From: a candidate division WOR-3 bacterium
GTDB lineage: Bacteria; Hydrothermota; Tepidihabitantia; Tepidihabitantales; JAOUPE01
Assembly (NCBI GenBank): GCA_039801565.1
Contig: JBDRUX010000050.1
Location: 1 to 17,595 of the forward strand
Direction: 5' to 3'
Length of the DNA stretch: 17,595 nucleotides
The translations under genes and the position numbers were made by a program. The notes below the pieces were generated by a model that worked only from the letters and a program-made list of their open reading frames with translations, was not told the origin of the DNA and ran no database searches. Below, one piece after another: positions 1 to 9,079 of this stretch. Positions within the stretch are counted from its first letter, which is position 1; every line of letters begins with the position of its first letter.

Positions 1-1
1 T

Positions 2-1030
2 GAATATGTTATCGGTCAGGAACGGGCTAAAAAGGTAATTTCGGTTGCGGTCTATAATCACTATAAAAGAATTCTTTCGCCCAAAACTGGCGTCGAACTG
101 GAAAAATCGAATATCCTCTTGATTGGACCAACCGGTGTTGGCAAGACTTTATTGGCAGAGACCTTAGCCAAATTTCTCAATGTGCCATTCTCGATTTCCG
201 ATGCTACGCCCTTGACCGAAGCCGGTTATGTTGGCGAAGATGTCGAAAATATCCTATTGCGATTGATTCAAGCTGCCAATTGGGATGTCGCAGCGGCTGA
301 GACCGGTATTGTCTATTTAGACGAAGTGGATAAGATTGGTCGCAAATCGGATTCACCATCAATCACGCGGGATGTCTCCGGTGAAGGGGTACAACAAGCG
401 TTGCTCAAAATCCTTGATGGCACAATCGCAAATGTACCGCCCCAAGGTGGCCGCAAGCATCCGGAACAGCAATATATTCAAATCAATACTCGTAACATCT
501 TATTCATCTGTGGTGGCACTTTTGTCGGGTTGGATAAGATTATCGAAGCCAGGCTCAAAAAATCCGCTATTGGCTTTGGGGCAGCACTGGATTCAGCGAT
601 TACTAAATCCAAAGATGAAATTTTGGCGATGGTCGAACCCGATGACCTAATTAAATTTGGTTTGATTCCTGAATTCGTTGGTCGGCTACCCGTCATCGCA
701 GCACTCCATAGTCTATCTAAGACTGCTTTGATTGATATTCTCACCAAGCCCCGTAATGCTATCATCAAACAATTCCAACATTATTTTGAATTGGAAGGGG
801 TAAAGCTAACCTTCCTCGATGCGACATTAGAAAAGATTGCAGAATTGGCATTAAAGCGAAATACCGGGGCAAGGGGATTGCGTTCGGTCTTAGAAAATGC
901 AATGCTGGAGATTATGTTTGAACTACCATCACTGAAAGATGTGGCGGAAGTGGTAATAACACCTGAGGTGATTACCGATAATAAAAAACCTGAATACATC
1001 CTTTGTCGCCGGCGCAAGAAAGCCGAATAA
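2..1030 (+). CDS. clpX: ATP-dependent Clp protease ATP-binding subunit ClpX (5'-truncated by window edge)
   Basis: Frame is open from position 2 ([23 protein letters not shown]...[15 protein letters not shown]). Walker A GPTGVGKT, pore loop GYVGEDVE, Walker [26 protein letters not shown] loop, IGF loop (AIGFG) and GARGLR are present. Confidence 0.99.
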   Translation, partial: EYVIGQERAKKVISVAVYNHYKRILSPKTGVELEKSNILLIGPTGVGKTLLAETLAKFLNVPFSISDATPLTEAGYVGEDVENILLRLIQAANWDVAAAETGIVYLDEVDKIGRKSDSPSITRDVSGEGVQQALLKILDGTIANVPPQGGRKHPEQQYIQINTRNILFICGGTFVGLDKIIEARLKKSAIGFGAALDSAITKSKDEILAMVEPDDLIKFGLIPEFVGRLPVIAALHSLSKTALIDILTKPRNAIIKQFQHYFELEGVKLTFLDATLEKIAELALKRNTGARGLRSVLENAMLEIMFELPSLKDVAEVVITPEVITDNKKPEYILCRRRKKAE

Positions 1031-1067
1031 GAACACTGATAAAAAACAATTTTTGTAAGATTGGCTG

Positions 1068-1757
1068 ATGGGCGAAATTGCGGAAAATCTAAATAAGGTC
1101 TGGGAACGCATCAATTCGATCTGCGCCCGAATAAATCGAAAACCCGAAGAGATTCAATTAGTTGCCGTGACAAAAAATGTTTCGGTCGAAAAAATTAAAG
1201 AAGGCATTCGGGCTGGGATTAAAATTATTGGTGAGAATCGAGTACAGGAGGCAAGGGCCAAATATCCAGCCATCGGCAATATTATCGAATGGCATCTGGT
1301 GGGCCACCTGCAGACCAACAAGGTCAAACCGGCTCTGGAGATATTTTCCCTGATTCAGAGTGTTGATTCAATACATTTAGCCGAAGCGATTCAAAAAAGG
1401 GCTTGGGCAATGAATCGGACCGTACCAATTTTGATTGAAGTCAATACTTCCGGTGAACCGACAAAATATGGGGTAAAACCTGATGAGTTATTCACCGTGG
1501 TTGACGCAATTCGAACAATGCCCAATCTTGCTATCAAAGGTTTAATGACGATTGGACCGGGCTTGGCGATTGAAAATCCCGAAGCATCACGTCAGTCCTT
1601 TCGCCGGCTTTATGAATTAAAAAACAAAGTCGAAACCGAATTGAAAATAAAACTTTCCTATCTTTCAATGGGGATGAGTAGTGATTTTGAGATTGCAATT
1701 GAAGAAGGTTCCAATATGTTACGAATTGGAACCGCGATTTTTGGTCAAAGAAAATGA
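1068..1757 (+). CDS. yggS: YggS/PLPBP family pyridoxal phosphate homeostasis protein
   Basis: Motifs LVAVTK (PLP lysine), GENRVQE, WHLVGHLQTNK, KGLMTI, LSMGMSSDF, RIGTAIFG. Confidence 0.97.
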   Translation: MGEIAENLNKVWERINSICARINRKPEEIQLVAVTKNVSVEKIKEGIRAGIKIIGENRVQEARAKYPAIGNIIEWHLVGHLQTNKVKPALEIFSLIQSVDSIHLAEAIQKRAWAMNRTVPILIEVNTSGEPTKYGVKPDELFTVVDAIRTMPNLAIKGLMTIGPGLAIENPEASRQSFRRLYELKNKVETELKIKLSYLSMGMSSDFEIAIEEGSNMLRIGTAIFGQRK

Positions 1758-2125
1758 AAATTGAAAGAGAAAAATTTGAAGCATTGATTATTGAAGCAAT
1801 AAAAACGATACCGAAATTTTTCCGCGATAAAATGGAAAATGTTGAAATCGTCATTGAAGATTATGCGCCGGCTTATATTCAAAATAGATTACAAATTCAT
1901 CCTTATGCACTCTTTGGTCTGTATCAAGGTATTCCAAGGAATAAGCGGGGCAGTTGGTATGGCAATGTCTTACCGGATAAGATAACAATCTTTCAAAAAC
2001 CGATTGAACAGTATTGTCAAACTGAGGTCGAGATGAAAGAGTTAGTAAAAAAAGTTGTGATGCATGAAATTGGTCATTATTTTGGTCTTTCCGAAGCAGA
2101 ACTGCGCCAACTGGAAAAAGAATAA
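1754..2125 (+). CDS. Zincin-like metallopeptidase family protein (minimal metalloprotease domain)
   Basis: GLYQGIP...PDKITIFQKPI...VMHEIGHYFGLSE with a HExxH motif. ATG overlaps the yggS stop (ATGA). Confidence 0.9.
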   Translation: MKIEREKFEALIIEAIKTIPKFFRDKMENVEIVIEDYAPAYIQNRLQIHPYALFGLYQGIPRNKRGSWYGNVLPDKITIFQKPIEQYCQTEVEMKELVKKVVMHEIGHYFGLSEAELRQLEKE

Positions 2126-2426
2126 ATTTTGGGAAATTTCGCCAAAAGTCGCAGTTAGCAATTTGTTGATAATCTTGTTAAATTTGTTGTTAGGTTTAAC
2201 ATTAGGAGATGATCCGAATTTTTTAAAGAGATATTGTATTTCTCAAGGACTTAAGTGACATGGCTAAGGTTGAGAGGTTTTTTTCAGAAAATAAAATTTT
2301 TGCTATCGGGTCAGAATTTTTGAAGAACAAATTTTTATTTTTCGCTTAAAATTAGATTATAGCTTTTTAACGACTTAAACGATTGAACCAGTTTGAACTA
2401 TTTTTCGACGCATCATAAAATCAGTG

Positions 2427-2773
2427 ATTAGGGTATGGGTCTTAGGGATTAGTTAAATAATGAGGCAATCTCGAAGGTTGCTTACCAGTTGACCAACGGG
2501 GCTGCTACCGGGCTACTTCCCAAGTTGCCTACTGAGTCGTTTTCCGAGGTTGCCCCGAATCCGCTCCCCAAGCTGTCTACCAACCCGCTCCGGAAGCAAC
2601 TCCGAGGCAACTCTCCAAGCAACCTACGGGGTAGCTTAGGGGACTGCCTACGGGGTCATCCCCTATACGGTACCCCTCCCTAAACGAAAATTGGCATAAC
2701 GGATGGAAGACAAAGAAGATAGACGAAAAAAAATCGGTCAATTCTTGGTATGATATATATAATATACCTTTTT
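2427..2773. repeat. Copy A of a dispersed ~340-bp element with degenerate 12-bp tandem units and a terminal hairpin plus T-tract
   Basis: Co-linear similarity to 11128-11472. Shared blocks include ATTAGGGTAT, AGGTTGCTT, CCCAAGTTGCCTAC, GCAACCTACGGGGTAGC, CCCCTATACG, CCCTCCCTAA and AAGAAGATAGACGAAAAAA..TCGGTCA. Confidence 0.9.
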
Positions 2774-2775
2774 GG

Positions 2776-4893
2776 CTACCGGAATAAGGAAAATTTCAAG
2801 ATAAAGCCTAAAAAGACGATTGAAACCATTGACATCAGTTTGATTAAAATATTTAAAGAAGGACCAGCGGCATCTTTAAATGGGTCACCAACTGTATCGC
2901 CAACCACCGCGGCTTTGTGGGGTGCTGAACCTTTGCCACCGTAATTACCTTTTTCAATATATTTTTTAGCATTATCCCAGGCACCACCGGAATTTGCCAT
3001 CATTATTGCCATCACAAAACCGCTACTTAATGCCCCAATTAATAGTCCAACTACCCCTTCAACTCCAATTAAAATACCAATTATAATCGGGACTAAAATT
3101 GCACTTAATGATGGTATTATCATCTCTTTTTGAGCGGCTTGGGTACAAATTTTTACGGCTCGGGCATAATCGGCTTTTGCCGTGCCTTCTAACAAGCCTT
3201 TAATCTCTCGGAATTGGCGCCGGACCTCTTCAACAATCTTACTTGCGGTCCGACCAATCGCCTTCATAATCAATGCCCCAATCCCGTAAGGCATCATCGC
3301 CCCCACTAATAACCCAGCAATCAACCGGGGATTCATTAAACTTAAGTCAAGTTCTTTGGCAACCCCGAAGATTCGGATACTGACCAATCTCACTTCATCT
3401 CGGTAAGCCGCAACCAGAGCCAATGCAGTTAAGGCAGCCGAACCGATGGCAAAACCTTTACCAGTCGCTGCGGTAGTATTACCTAAGGCGTCTAAGGCAT
3501 CAGTTCTTTCCCGAACAATTGGTTCTTGATTGGTCATTTGGGCATTGCCTCCGGCATTGTCCGCTACCGGACCGTAGGCATCGCTTGCTAAAGTTATTCC
3601 CAAAGTTGATAACATTCCGACCGCGGAAATGCCGATACCGTAAAGGCCCATTGCTAAATTATGAAATCCACCGGAAAGATAAAAGCTGGTGACGATAGCA
3701 ATTGCTACCGTCACAATTGAGGCGGTAGTTGAAAGCATTCCAACTGATAAGCCTTCAATGATGACCGTGGCGGGTGAAGTGGTTGCTGATTGGGAAATGC
3801 CCCGAGTCGGTTTATAGCTGTCGGAAGTGAAAAATTCGGTGAAGAAACCAATAATTACACCAGCTAAAAGACCAGATAAGAGTGCCCAGTAAACTTTGTA
3901 ATTACTCCCCAGTAGCCAACGACAAACGAAGAAACTGAGAATTGCCACTAATAGTGAGGTGCCATAGATTCCTGACCGTAAGGCTCGTAACAAGACCTGC
4001 TGTTCGGCTTTTTCCCCAGCCCGAACTAAAAAACTACCCAGAATCGAAGCGACCACACCAATCCCAGCAATCACCATTGGTAAGAGAACGCCGTTAACAC
4101 CTAATCCTGCGCCGGCAGCTAAAGTCATTGTAGCCACAATTGAACCAACATAGGATTCATAAAGGTCAGCGCCCATTCCAGCAATATCGCCGACATTGTC
4201 TCCAACATTATCGGCAATTACCGCTGGATTGCGTGGGTCATCTTCCGGAATTCCGGCTTCAATCTTGCCAACCAAATCCGCGCCAACATCCGCCGCTTTG
4301 GTAAATATGCCACCACCGACCCGGGCAAAAAGTGCTTGCGAACTGGCACCAATGCCAAATGCCAACATCGTGGAAGTTATTGCCTCAAATTTATCCATAC
4401 CAGCGGGTAAATGAAGCGGATTGGAGTAATACCAATTTAGGATTGTGTACCAAATACTTAAATCCAAAAGTCCCAGTCCGACAACCACTAAACCCATCAC
4501 CATTCCCGAAGAAAAAGCGACGCGCAGACCGGAATTCAGACTTTGTTTACAAGCATTGGTAGTTCGAGCGCTTGACCGCACACCGATTGACATCCCAATA
4601 AAACCGGAAAGGCCGGAAAAGAAACCACCGGTCAAAAAAGCAAAGGGTACAAATATTACCTGCATCCCTTTTAACGCCAAAACTAATAATAGGATAAAGA
4701 CCACAATAAAAAAGAGTGAAACGCCTTTATATTGTTGTTTGAGATATGCCATCGCTCCTTCCCTGACTGCTTGTGCGACTTTGACCATTGCTTCGGTTCC
4801 TTCGCTTTTTCGTAAGATAACGAGTGCCAGGTAGAGAGCAAAGAATAAGGCAATAAGGGAACCAACCGGGGCAACTAAAAATATTTGGTTCAT
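2776..4893 (-). CDS. hppA: Membrane-integral ion-translocating pyrophosphatase (K+-dependent, Na+ or Na+/H+ type)
   Basis: Motifs [57 protein letters not shown]; many hydrophobic helices. Confidence 0.98.
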   Translation of the reverse strand: MNQIFLVAPVGSLIALFFALYLALVILRKSEGTEAMVKVAQAVREGAMAYLKQQYKGVSLFFIVVFILLLVLALKGMQVIFVPFAFLTGGFFSGLSGFIGMSIGVRSSARTTNACKQSLNSGLRVAFSSGMVMGLVVVGLGLLDLSIWYTILNWYYSNPLHLPAGMDKFEAITSTMLAFGIGASSQALFARVGGGIFTKAADVGADLVGKIEAGIPEDDPRNPAVIADNVGDNVGDIAGMGADLYESYVGSIVATMTLAAGAGLGVNGVLLPMVIAGIGVVASILGSFLVRAGEKAEQQVLLRALRSGIYGTSLLVAILSFFVCRWLLGSNYKVYWALLSGLLAGVIIGFFTEFFTSDSYKPTRGISQSATTSPATVIIEGLSVGMLSTTASIVTVAIAIVTSFYLSGGFHNLAMGLYGIGISAVGMLSTLGITLASDAYGPVADNAGGNAQMTNQEPIVRERTDALDALGNTTAATGKGFAIGSAALTALALVAAYRDEVRLVSIRIFGVAKELDLSLMNPRLIAGLLVGAMMPYGIGALIMKAIGRTASKIVEEVRRQFREIKGLLEGTAKADYARAVKICTQAAQKEMIIPSLSAILVPIIIGILIGVEGVVGLLIGALSSGFVMAIMMANSGGAWDNAKKYIEKGNYGGKGSAPHKAAVVGDTVGDPFKDAAGPSLNILIKLMSMVSIVFLGFILKFSLFR

Positions 4894-4921
4894 TTCTCTC
4901 TCCTTTCTTTAAATTTATGCT

Positions 4922-5374
4922 TTAAGTTTTTGTTACCAATCCCAGCAAGTATTTTACAACTCGGTCCTTGGCTTGGTTAACCTTTGGGCTTAATGCAGTT
5001 CCAAAGTCAATCCTTTCAGGTTGAATCCCTAAAAGTTGGACTCGACAGTCCAATTGTTTTTTTATCATCGCTACCGTTAAATTTAAAGACAGGGTGTGGG
5101 TAGAGATTAGATGACCCGTAATCTTTTCCATCTGCCGTTCTGAAAAAATTCGGAAACTACCAGGTTGACCCTTGAAATCACAGGCATCAACAATTATTAT
5201 TCGCTTGGGCTTGAGTTCACAAATCTTCTCAATAAAATTTTCCGGCACTGTGCCGGCGTCAATCACCAATAAACCGTCAATTCTTTTCAATTCGTCAGCA
5301 ATCACACAACCGATGGCATCGTCGCCCCGCATTCGATTGCCAATCGCTAAGATTAGAGTTTGTGATTTTTTCAT
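4922..5374 (-). CDS. Hydrogenase maturation protease (HycI/HybD peptidase A31 family)
   Basis: Motifs IGNRMRGDDAIG, DAGTVPEN, IIVDACDF, STH and LLGIQP. Confidence 0.92.
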   Translation of the reverse strand: MKKSQTLILAIGNRMRGDDAIGCVIADELKRIDGLLVIDAGTVPENFIEKICELKPKRIIIVDACDFKGQPGSFRIFSERQMEKITGHLISTHTLSLNLTVAMIKKQLDCRVQLLGIQPERIDFGTALSPKVNQAKDRVVKYLLGLVTKT

Positions 5375-5425
5375 TTGTCCTTTGAGAAAATTGTTTCGCT
5401 TCGGTAGTAATTTTTTACCGAATCG

Positions 5426-5806
5426 TTAATCGCTTTGGGCAATGACCTCAATCTCAATTTTAGCACCTTTTGGTAAAGCGTTAACCGCAACCGTACTACG
5501 CGCCGGAAAATCTCGCGTAAAGTATTCTGAATAAATCTGATTCACTTCAGTGAAATCCGACAAGTCAGTCAAGAAGATAGTGGTCTTTATAATATTAGAG
5601 AATGTCAAATTAGCTTTAGTTAATAGGGCTTTAATATTCGCCATCACTTGACGGGTTTCAGCCCCAACGCCACCGCTAACTAAATTACCGGTATTGGGGT
5701 CAATACCAATTTGACCAGAGAAGAAGATGAGATTACCAATTCGGACCGCTTGGCTATAAGGTCCGATAGGTTTTGGCGCTTTTTCCGTATAAATTATCTC
5801 TTTCAA
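5426..5806 (-). CDS. ridA: RidA/YjgF family reactive enamine/imine deaminase
   Basis: Motifs APKPIGPYSQA, FSGQI, KTTIFL, PARSTV (catalytic Arg), LPKGAKIEIE; TTG start. Confidence 0.95.
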   Translation of the reverse strand: MKEIIYTEKAPKPIGPYSQAVRIGNLIFFSGQIGIDPNTGNLVSGGVGAETRQVMANIKALLTKANLTFSNIIKTTIFLTDLSDFTEVNQIYSEYFTRDFPARSTVAVNALPKGAKIEIEVIAQSD

Positions 5807-5811
5807 TTCTT

Positions 5812-6705
5812 TTAGCCTCCGGCCAAATTGCCTAAAGCGATTGAGAATAATTTAGTCTCTGGGGTGTCAGCTCTTGATAACATTACCACCGGTCGTTTGG
5901 CACCGACGATGATGCCACAGATTTTTGCTCCACCTAAATATTGCAGTCCTTTGGCAAGAATATTGCCGGTAGCGATACTTGGCACAATCAAGATGTCAAC
6001 ATCGCCCGAAACCCGGCTCGCTACTTTCTTGATTTGAGCACTTTGCGTTGAAAAGGCGATATCTAAGGCTAACGGACCTTCAATGATTGCATCACCAAAT
6101 TCGGCTTGTTCTGCCATCCGAGTGATAATTGCCCAATCTAAGGTCTCACTGATATTTAAATTTACCCGCTCAATAGCCGAAAGCAATGCCACCTTTGGCT
6201 GTTGGACTCCTAAAAATCGCGCCAATTCAATGGCATTTTTGACAATATCAATCTTCCGCCTTAAGTCTAAATCGGTATTTATTCCACCATCCGAGATGAA
6301 TAGGACTTTATGATAACTGGGTAAAGAGAGCAAAGCAACGTGGCTTAAGATTCTTTCGCCGCGTAATCCATATTTTTCATCCAAGATGCCCCTTAAAAAA
6401 GTTGCCGTATTAACTTGCCCTTTCATTAAAAAATCACCATTTTGGCTAACAAAATTAATGGCATTGCGAATTGCTTCGGTCTCGTTTGCCGAATGGTAAA
6501 TCTCAAAATCCGATATTGGCACTTTCAAGCTTTCGGCAATCCTTTCAATGCGCATCTGGTCGCCAAAGAGTACCCCGGTGGCGATATTTTCTTGTTTGGC
6601 TTGATAAAGTGCTTCAATGGTTGGAAAATCTTCCGCACAGGCAACAACACACTGTTTTCGACCACGGGCTTTAGCCTTCGCTAAAAGTTCTGCAAAATCC
6701 TTCAT
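5812..6705 (-). CDS. Phosphate butyryl/acetyltransferase (PTA_PTB family)
   Basis: Motifs LMKGQVNT, LSHVA, SDGGIN, PKVALLSAIE, EGPLALDIA, GNILAK and LSRAD are typical of Ptb-like enzymes. Confidence 0.9.
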   Translation of the reverse strand: MKDFAELLAKAKARGRKQCVVACAEDFPTIEALYQAKQENIATGVLFGDQMRIERIAESLKVPISDFEIYHSANETEAIRNAINFVSQNGDFLMKGQVNTATFLRGILDEKYGLRGERILSHVALLSLPSYHKVLFISDGGINTDLDLRRKIDIVKNAIELARFLGVQQPKVALLSAIERVNLNISETLDWAIITRMAEQAEFGDAIIEGPLALDIAFSTQSAQIKKVASRVSGDVDILIVPSIATGNILAKGLQYLGGAKICGIIVGAKRPVVMLSRADTPETKLFSIALGNLAGG

Positions 6706-6730
6706 CAGCTAATACGGCAACGAAAAAGTT

Positions 6731-8092
6731 TTAACAGCCATAATAAAGTTTACACTCAAATGGATGCGGTCGCTGGGCGACGGAAATCGCTTCTCGTTCC
6801 TTCGCTTGAATGTAAACAGTGAGCATCTCCCAAGGGAAGATATTGGATTCGGTCAAATAGTCATGGTCTTTTTGTAATTCGGCTAAGGCTTGATTTAAAG
6901 TTTGTGGAATACTAATTGTTTTATTAGTTTTTGCAGAGTCATTGGGTTGGATTTTATTCTTCACTCCATCTAACCCCGCCAAAAGAATTCCAGCTAAGGC
7001 AAAGTAAGGATTGGCAGTGGCATCCGGAATTCGATACTCGATTGCCAATTCGGATTTAGATTTGATATAACCTGGGATTCGGATTGTTGCGGTCCGGTCA
7101 GCATAGGAAAAGAAGACCGCCGTAGGAGTTTCAAAACCACTGGTTAGCCGGCGAAAAGAGTTAGTACTCGGATTGGTCAAGGCACAAAGACTGGGGGTGT
7201 GGGTAAGAATACCACCAATGTAAAATTGTGCTAATCTTGATAACTTATTCTTGGAATTAGTATCGTAAAAAATTGAACGATTATTTTTAGCAAGATAATG
7301 ATGAAGATGTAAGCCCGAGCCAGGTTCATCGTAAATCGGTTTCGGCATAAAGGTAGCGGTCTTACCTAAACTCAGTGCCAGATTTTTTACTAAGTACTTA
7401 ACCAAAAGGATTTGGTCGGCGGCTTTAAGTGCTGGCGCATAAACTGTTTCAATCTCAACTTGAGAAAAACGACCGCCTTCATGATGATGGTATTTGACTT
7501 CAATGCCTACCGAATGGAGGAGATTAACAATTTGGGAGCGGAAATCAGAACTGCGGTCAAATGGTGGTGCCAAGTGATAACCAGTGCCCTTGAAAACTAA
7601 ATAACCAGTCTTATCTTCCCATTGTAACTCTTCGGTCTCAAATCGGGCAAAATTTAAACTCTTGTCAGTAATGATTTCAACTCGGTCAAAAATATAGAAT
7701 TCAAATTCGGGTTGAAAAAGGACATTATCGCAACCTAACTCCCTTTTCACTTTTGCCTCGGCTTGAGCTAAGATAAACCGCGGGTCGCGGTCAAAACGTT
7801 TGCCACTTACCGTATCAAAGATTTCAGCGAAAAAAGATAGCGTCGGTTCTTTTGGAGTTGGGTCAATGAACATTGTTGCCAAATCGGGTAAAAGTATCAT
7901 ATCACTGGCTTGGACCGGTTTAAAACCAGGTAAAGATGACCCATCAAACCCTAAGCCTTCCTTAACAACTTTATCAATGCGCTGTGCCGGAAAAGTAATA
8001 TGGCGCAATTTACCAAAGATGTCCGAATATTTTATATCAATAAACTTAATTTTTTGAGTTCGGATTAAATCTTTAATCTCTTTTAAAGACAT
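6731..8092 (-). CDS. glnA: Glutamine synthetase type I
   Basis: Motifs FDGSS, PEFEFYIF, HHE, ATFMPKP, GSGLHLH, NPSTNSFRRL, GFETP, IEYRIPD, NPY. Confidence 0.95.
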   Translation of the reverse strand: MSLKEIKDLIRTQKIKFIDIKYSDIFGKLRHITFPAQRIDKVVKEGLGFDGSSLPGFKPVQASDMILLPDLATMFIDPTPKEPTLSFFAEIFDTVSGKRFDRDPRFILAQAEAKVKRELGCDNVLFQPEFEFYIFDRVEIITDKSLNFARFETEELQWEDKTGYLVFKGTGYHLAPPFDRSSDFRSQIVNLLHSVGIEVKYHHHEGGRFSQVEIETVYAPALKAADQILLVKYLVKNLALSLGKTATFMPKPIYDEPGSGLHLHHYLAKNNRSIFYDTNSKNKLSRLAQFYIGGILTHTPSLCALTNPSTNSFRRLTSGFETPTAVFFSYADRTATIRIPGYIKSKSELAIEYRIPDATANPYFALAGILLAGLDGVKNKIQPNDSAKTNKTISIPQTLNQALAELQKDHDYLTESNIFPWEMLTVYIQAKEREAISVAQRPHPFECKLYYGC

Positions 8093-8101
8093 TCGGCAAA
8101 A

Positions 8102-8129
8102 AGCATACCAATAAAATTGGCTTTGTCAA
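8102..8129 (-). promoter_or_regulatory. Putative sigma70 promoter of the glnA operon (TTGACA-N16-TATGCT)
   Basis: On the minus strand, TTGACA is at 8129-8124 and TATGCT at 8107-8102, 9 nt before the glnA ATG. No Shine-Dalgarno sequence is evident. Confidence 0.65.
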
Positions 8130-8211
8130 GATTTATAAAAATAATAAGAATTCCAATTAGAATGATAACTTTGCAAATTTAGAGTAAATGCCGGCTCAAT
8201 ATAGTAATGTA

Positions 8212-8239
8212 TTGACAAACCGTTTGCGATGAGTAAGAT
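8212..8239 (+). promoter_or_regulatory. Putative sigma70 promoter (TTGACA-N16-TAAGAT)
   Basis: TTGACA 8212-8217 and TAAGAT 8234-8239, followed by an AGGAG RBS at 8250-8254. Confidence 0.6.
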
Positions 8240-8264
8240 AGAAAAAGAAAGGAGTAATATGACT

Positions 8265-8501
8265 ATGACAAAGTGGGAATATAAGATACAAATCATTGAG
8301 TGCCATCTCAGTCCAATTCTCAAATTGGCACGCTGGTCAGTAGATACGCCAGAAGGACCAGTGAAAGAATTTGACAACGTCCAAGCGTATATCAACCGGT
8401 TAGGCGAAGAAGCCTGGGAACTGGTTTCAGCAATTAATGGCACTGACCATAATGGCGTAGTGACAAAAGCGATTCTTTTCTTCCGCCGACCAAAAGCTTA
8501 A
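8265..8501 (+). CDS. Small DUF4177-like protein
   Basis: KWEYK...INRLGEEAWELVS...FFRRP matches the DUF4177 pattern (WEYK..LN.LG..GWELV..FKR). Start is 8259 or 8265 after AGGAG, not 8229, which falls inside the predicted promoter. Confidence 0.75.
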   Translation: MTKWEYKIQIIECHLSPILKLARWSVDTPEGPVKEFDNVQAYINRLGEEAWELVSAINGTDHNGVVTKAILFFRRPKA

Positions 8502-8517
8502 ACAAAAGGAGGCAGTG

Positions 8518-9033
8518 ATGAAATGGTTCGATTTTACTGTACTGGGCATTATACTTTTTATCATAATCCTCCAAACCATTCGTGGTGGCAAGGGTATGGG
8601 GTTGATTCTTTTGGAAGCAGCTGGGTTATTAGGTTGCGCCAAATTGACCTTGAGTATTTATGAACCGGTCAGTCGAGCCGTTGTCATTACACCACAACTC
8701 GCTTTAGCTGGAATTTTCATCTTAAGTGCAATAATTTGGATAATCATCGCCTCAATCCTTAATAGTTATACTCAATGGTCCTGGGGTGGATTTGACCCTT
8801 TCTTCAGTTTTCTTTTTGGTGTCGTCTGTGCCTGGACAATTGGCCATATGTTCCTCCGTTTCTTGATTGTACTTTACGGTCCGGATAGTGTTCCAGCCAG
8901 TATGATTATGGATTCACCAGTGACAAAAGAGATAGTTTATTTCAAATCGTTCACTGCCCTCTTCAACCTTTTGAATCGAGCTCGGCTTGCCCCAGAGCCA
9001 ATCACACCGGAAAAGGTATTGGAGAGGGGATAG
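8518..9033 (+). CDS. Membrane protein, CvpA (colicin V production)-like
   Basis: N-terminal WFDFTVLGIILF..TIRGGKG pattern, about four hydrophobic segments, D....LFG in the last segment, late DSP. AGGAGG RBS at 8507-8512. Confidence 0.55.
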   Translation: MKWFDFTVLGIILFIIILQTIRGGKGMGLILLEAAGLLGCAKLTLSIYEPVSRAVVITPQLALAGIFILSAIIWIIIASILNSYTQWSWGGFDPFFSFLFGVVCAWTIGHMFLRFLIVLYGPDSVPASMIMDSPVTKEIVYFKSFTALFNLLNRARLAPEPITPEKVLERG

Positions 9034-9079
9034 AACCGAATATTTGATATTGGACTGAGTTTTTCCAATTTTGTAGAGG

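Noticed and set aside
2287..2343. Imperfect AT-rich inverted repeat in the spacer after the peptidase gene
   Set aside because: Made almost entirely of A/T runs, so expected by chance.
2428..2452. TTAGGG telomere-like hexamers at the start of both repeat copies
   Set aside because: Only two non-tandem occurrences per copy in an internal bacterial locus; better explained as part of the element's terminal pairing.
2489..2683. 64-aa Pro/Leu-rich ORF in repeat copy A
   Set aside because: TTG start without an RBS, and it is not conserved as an ORF in copy B.
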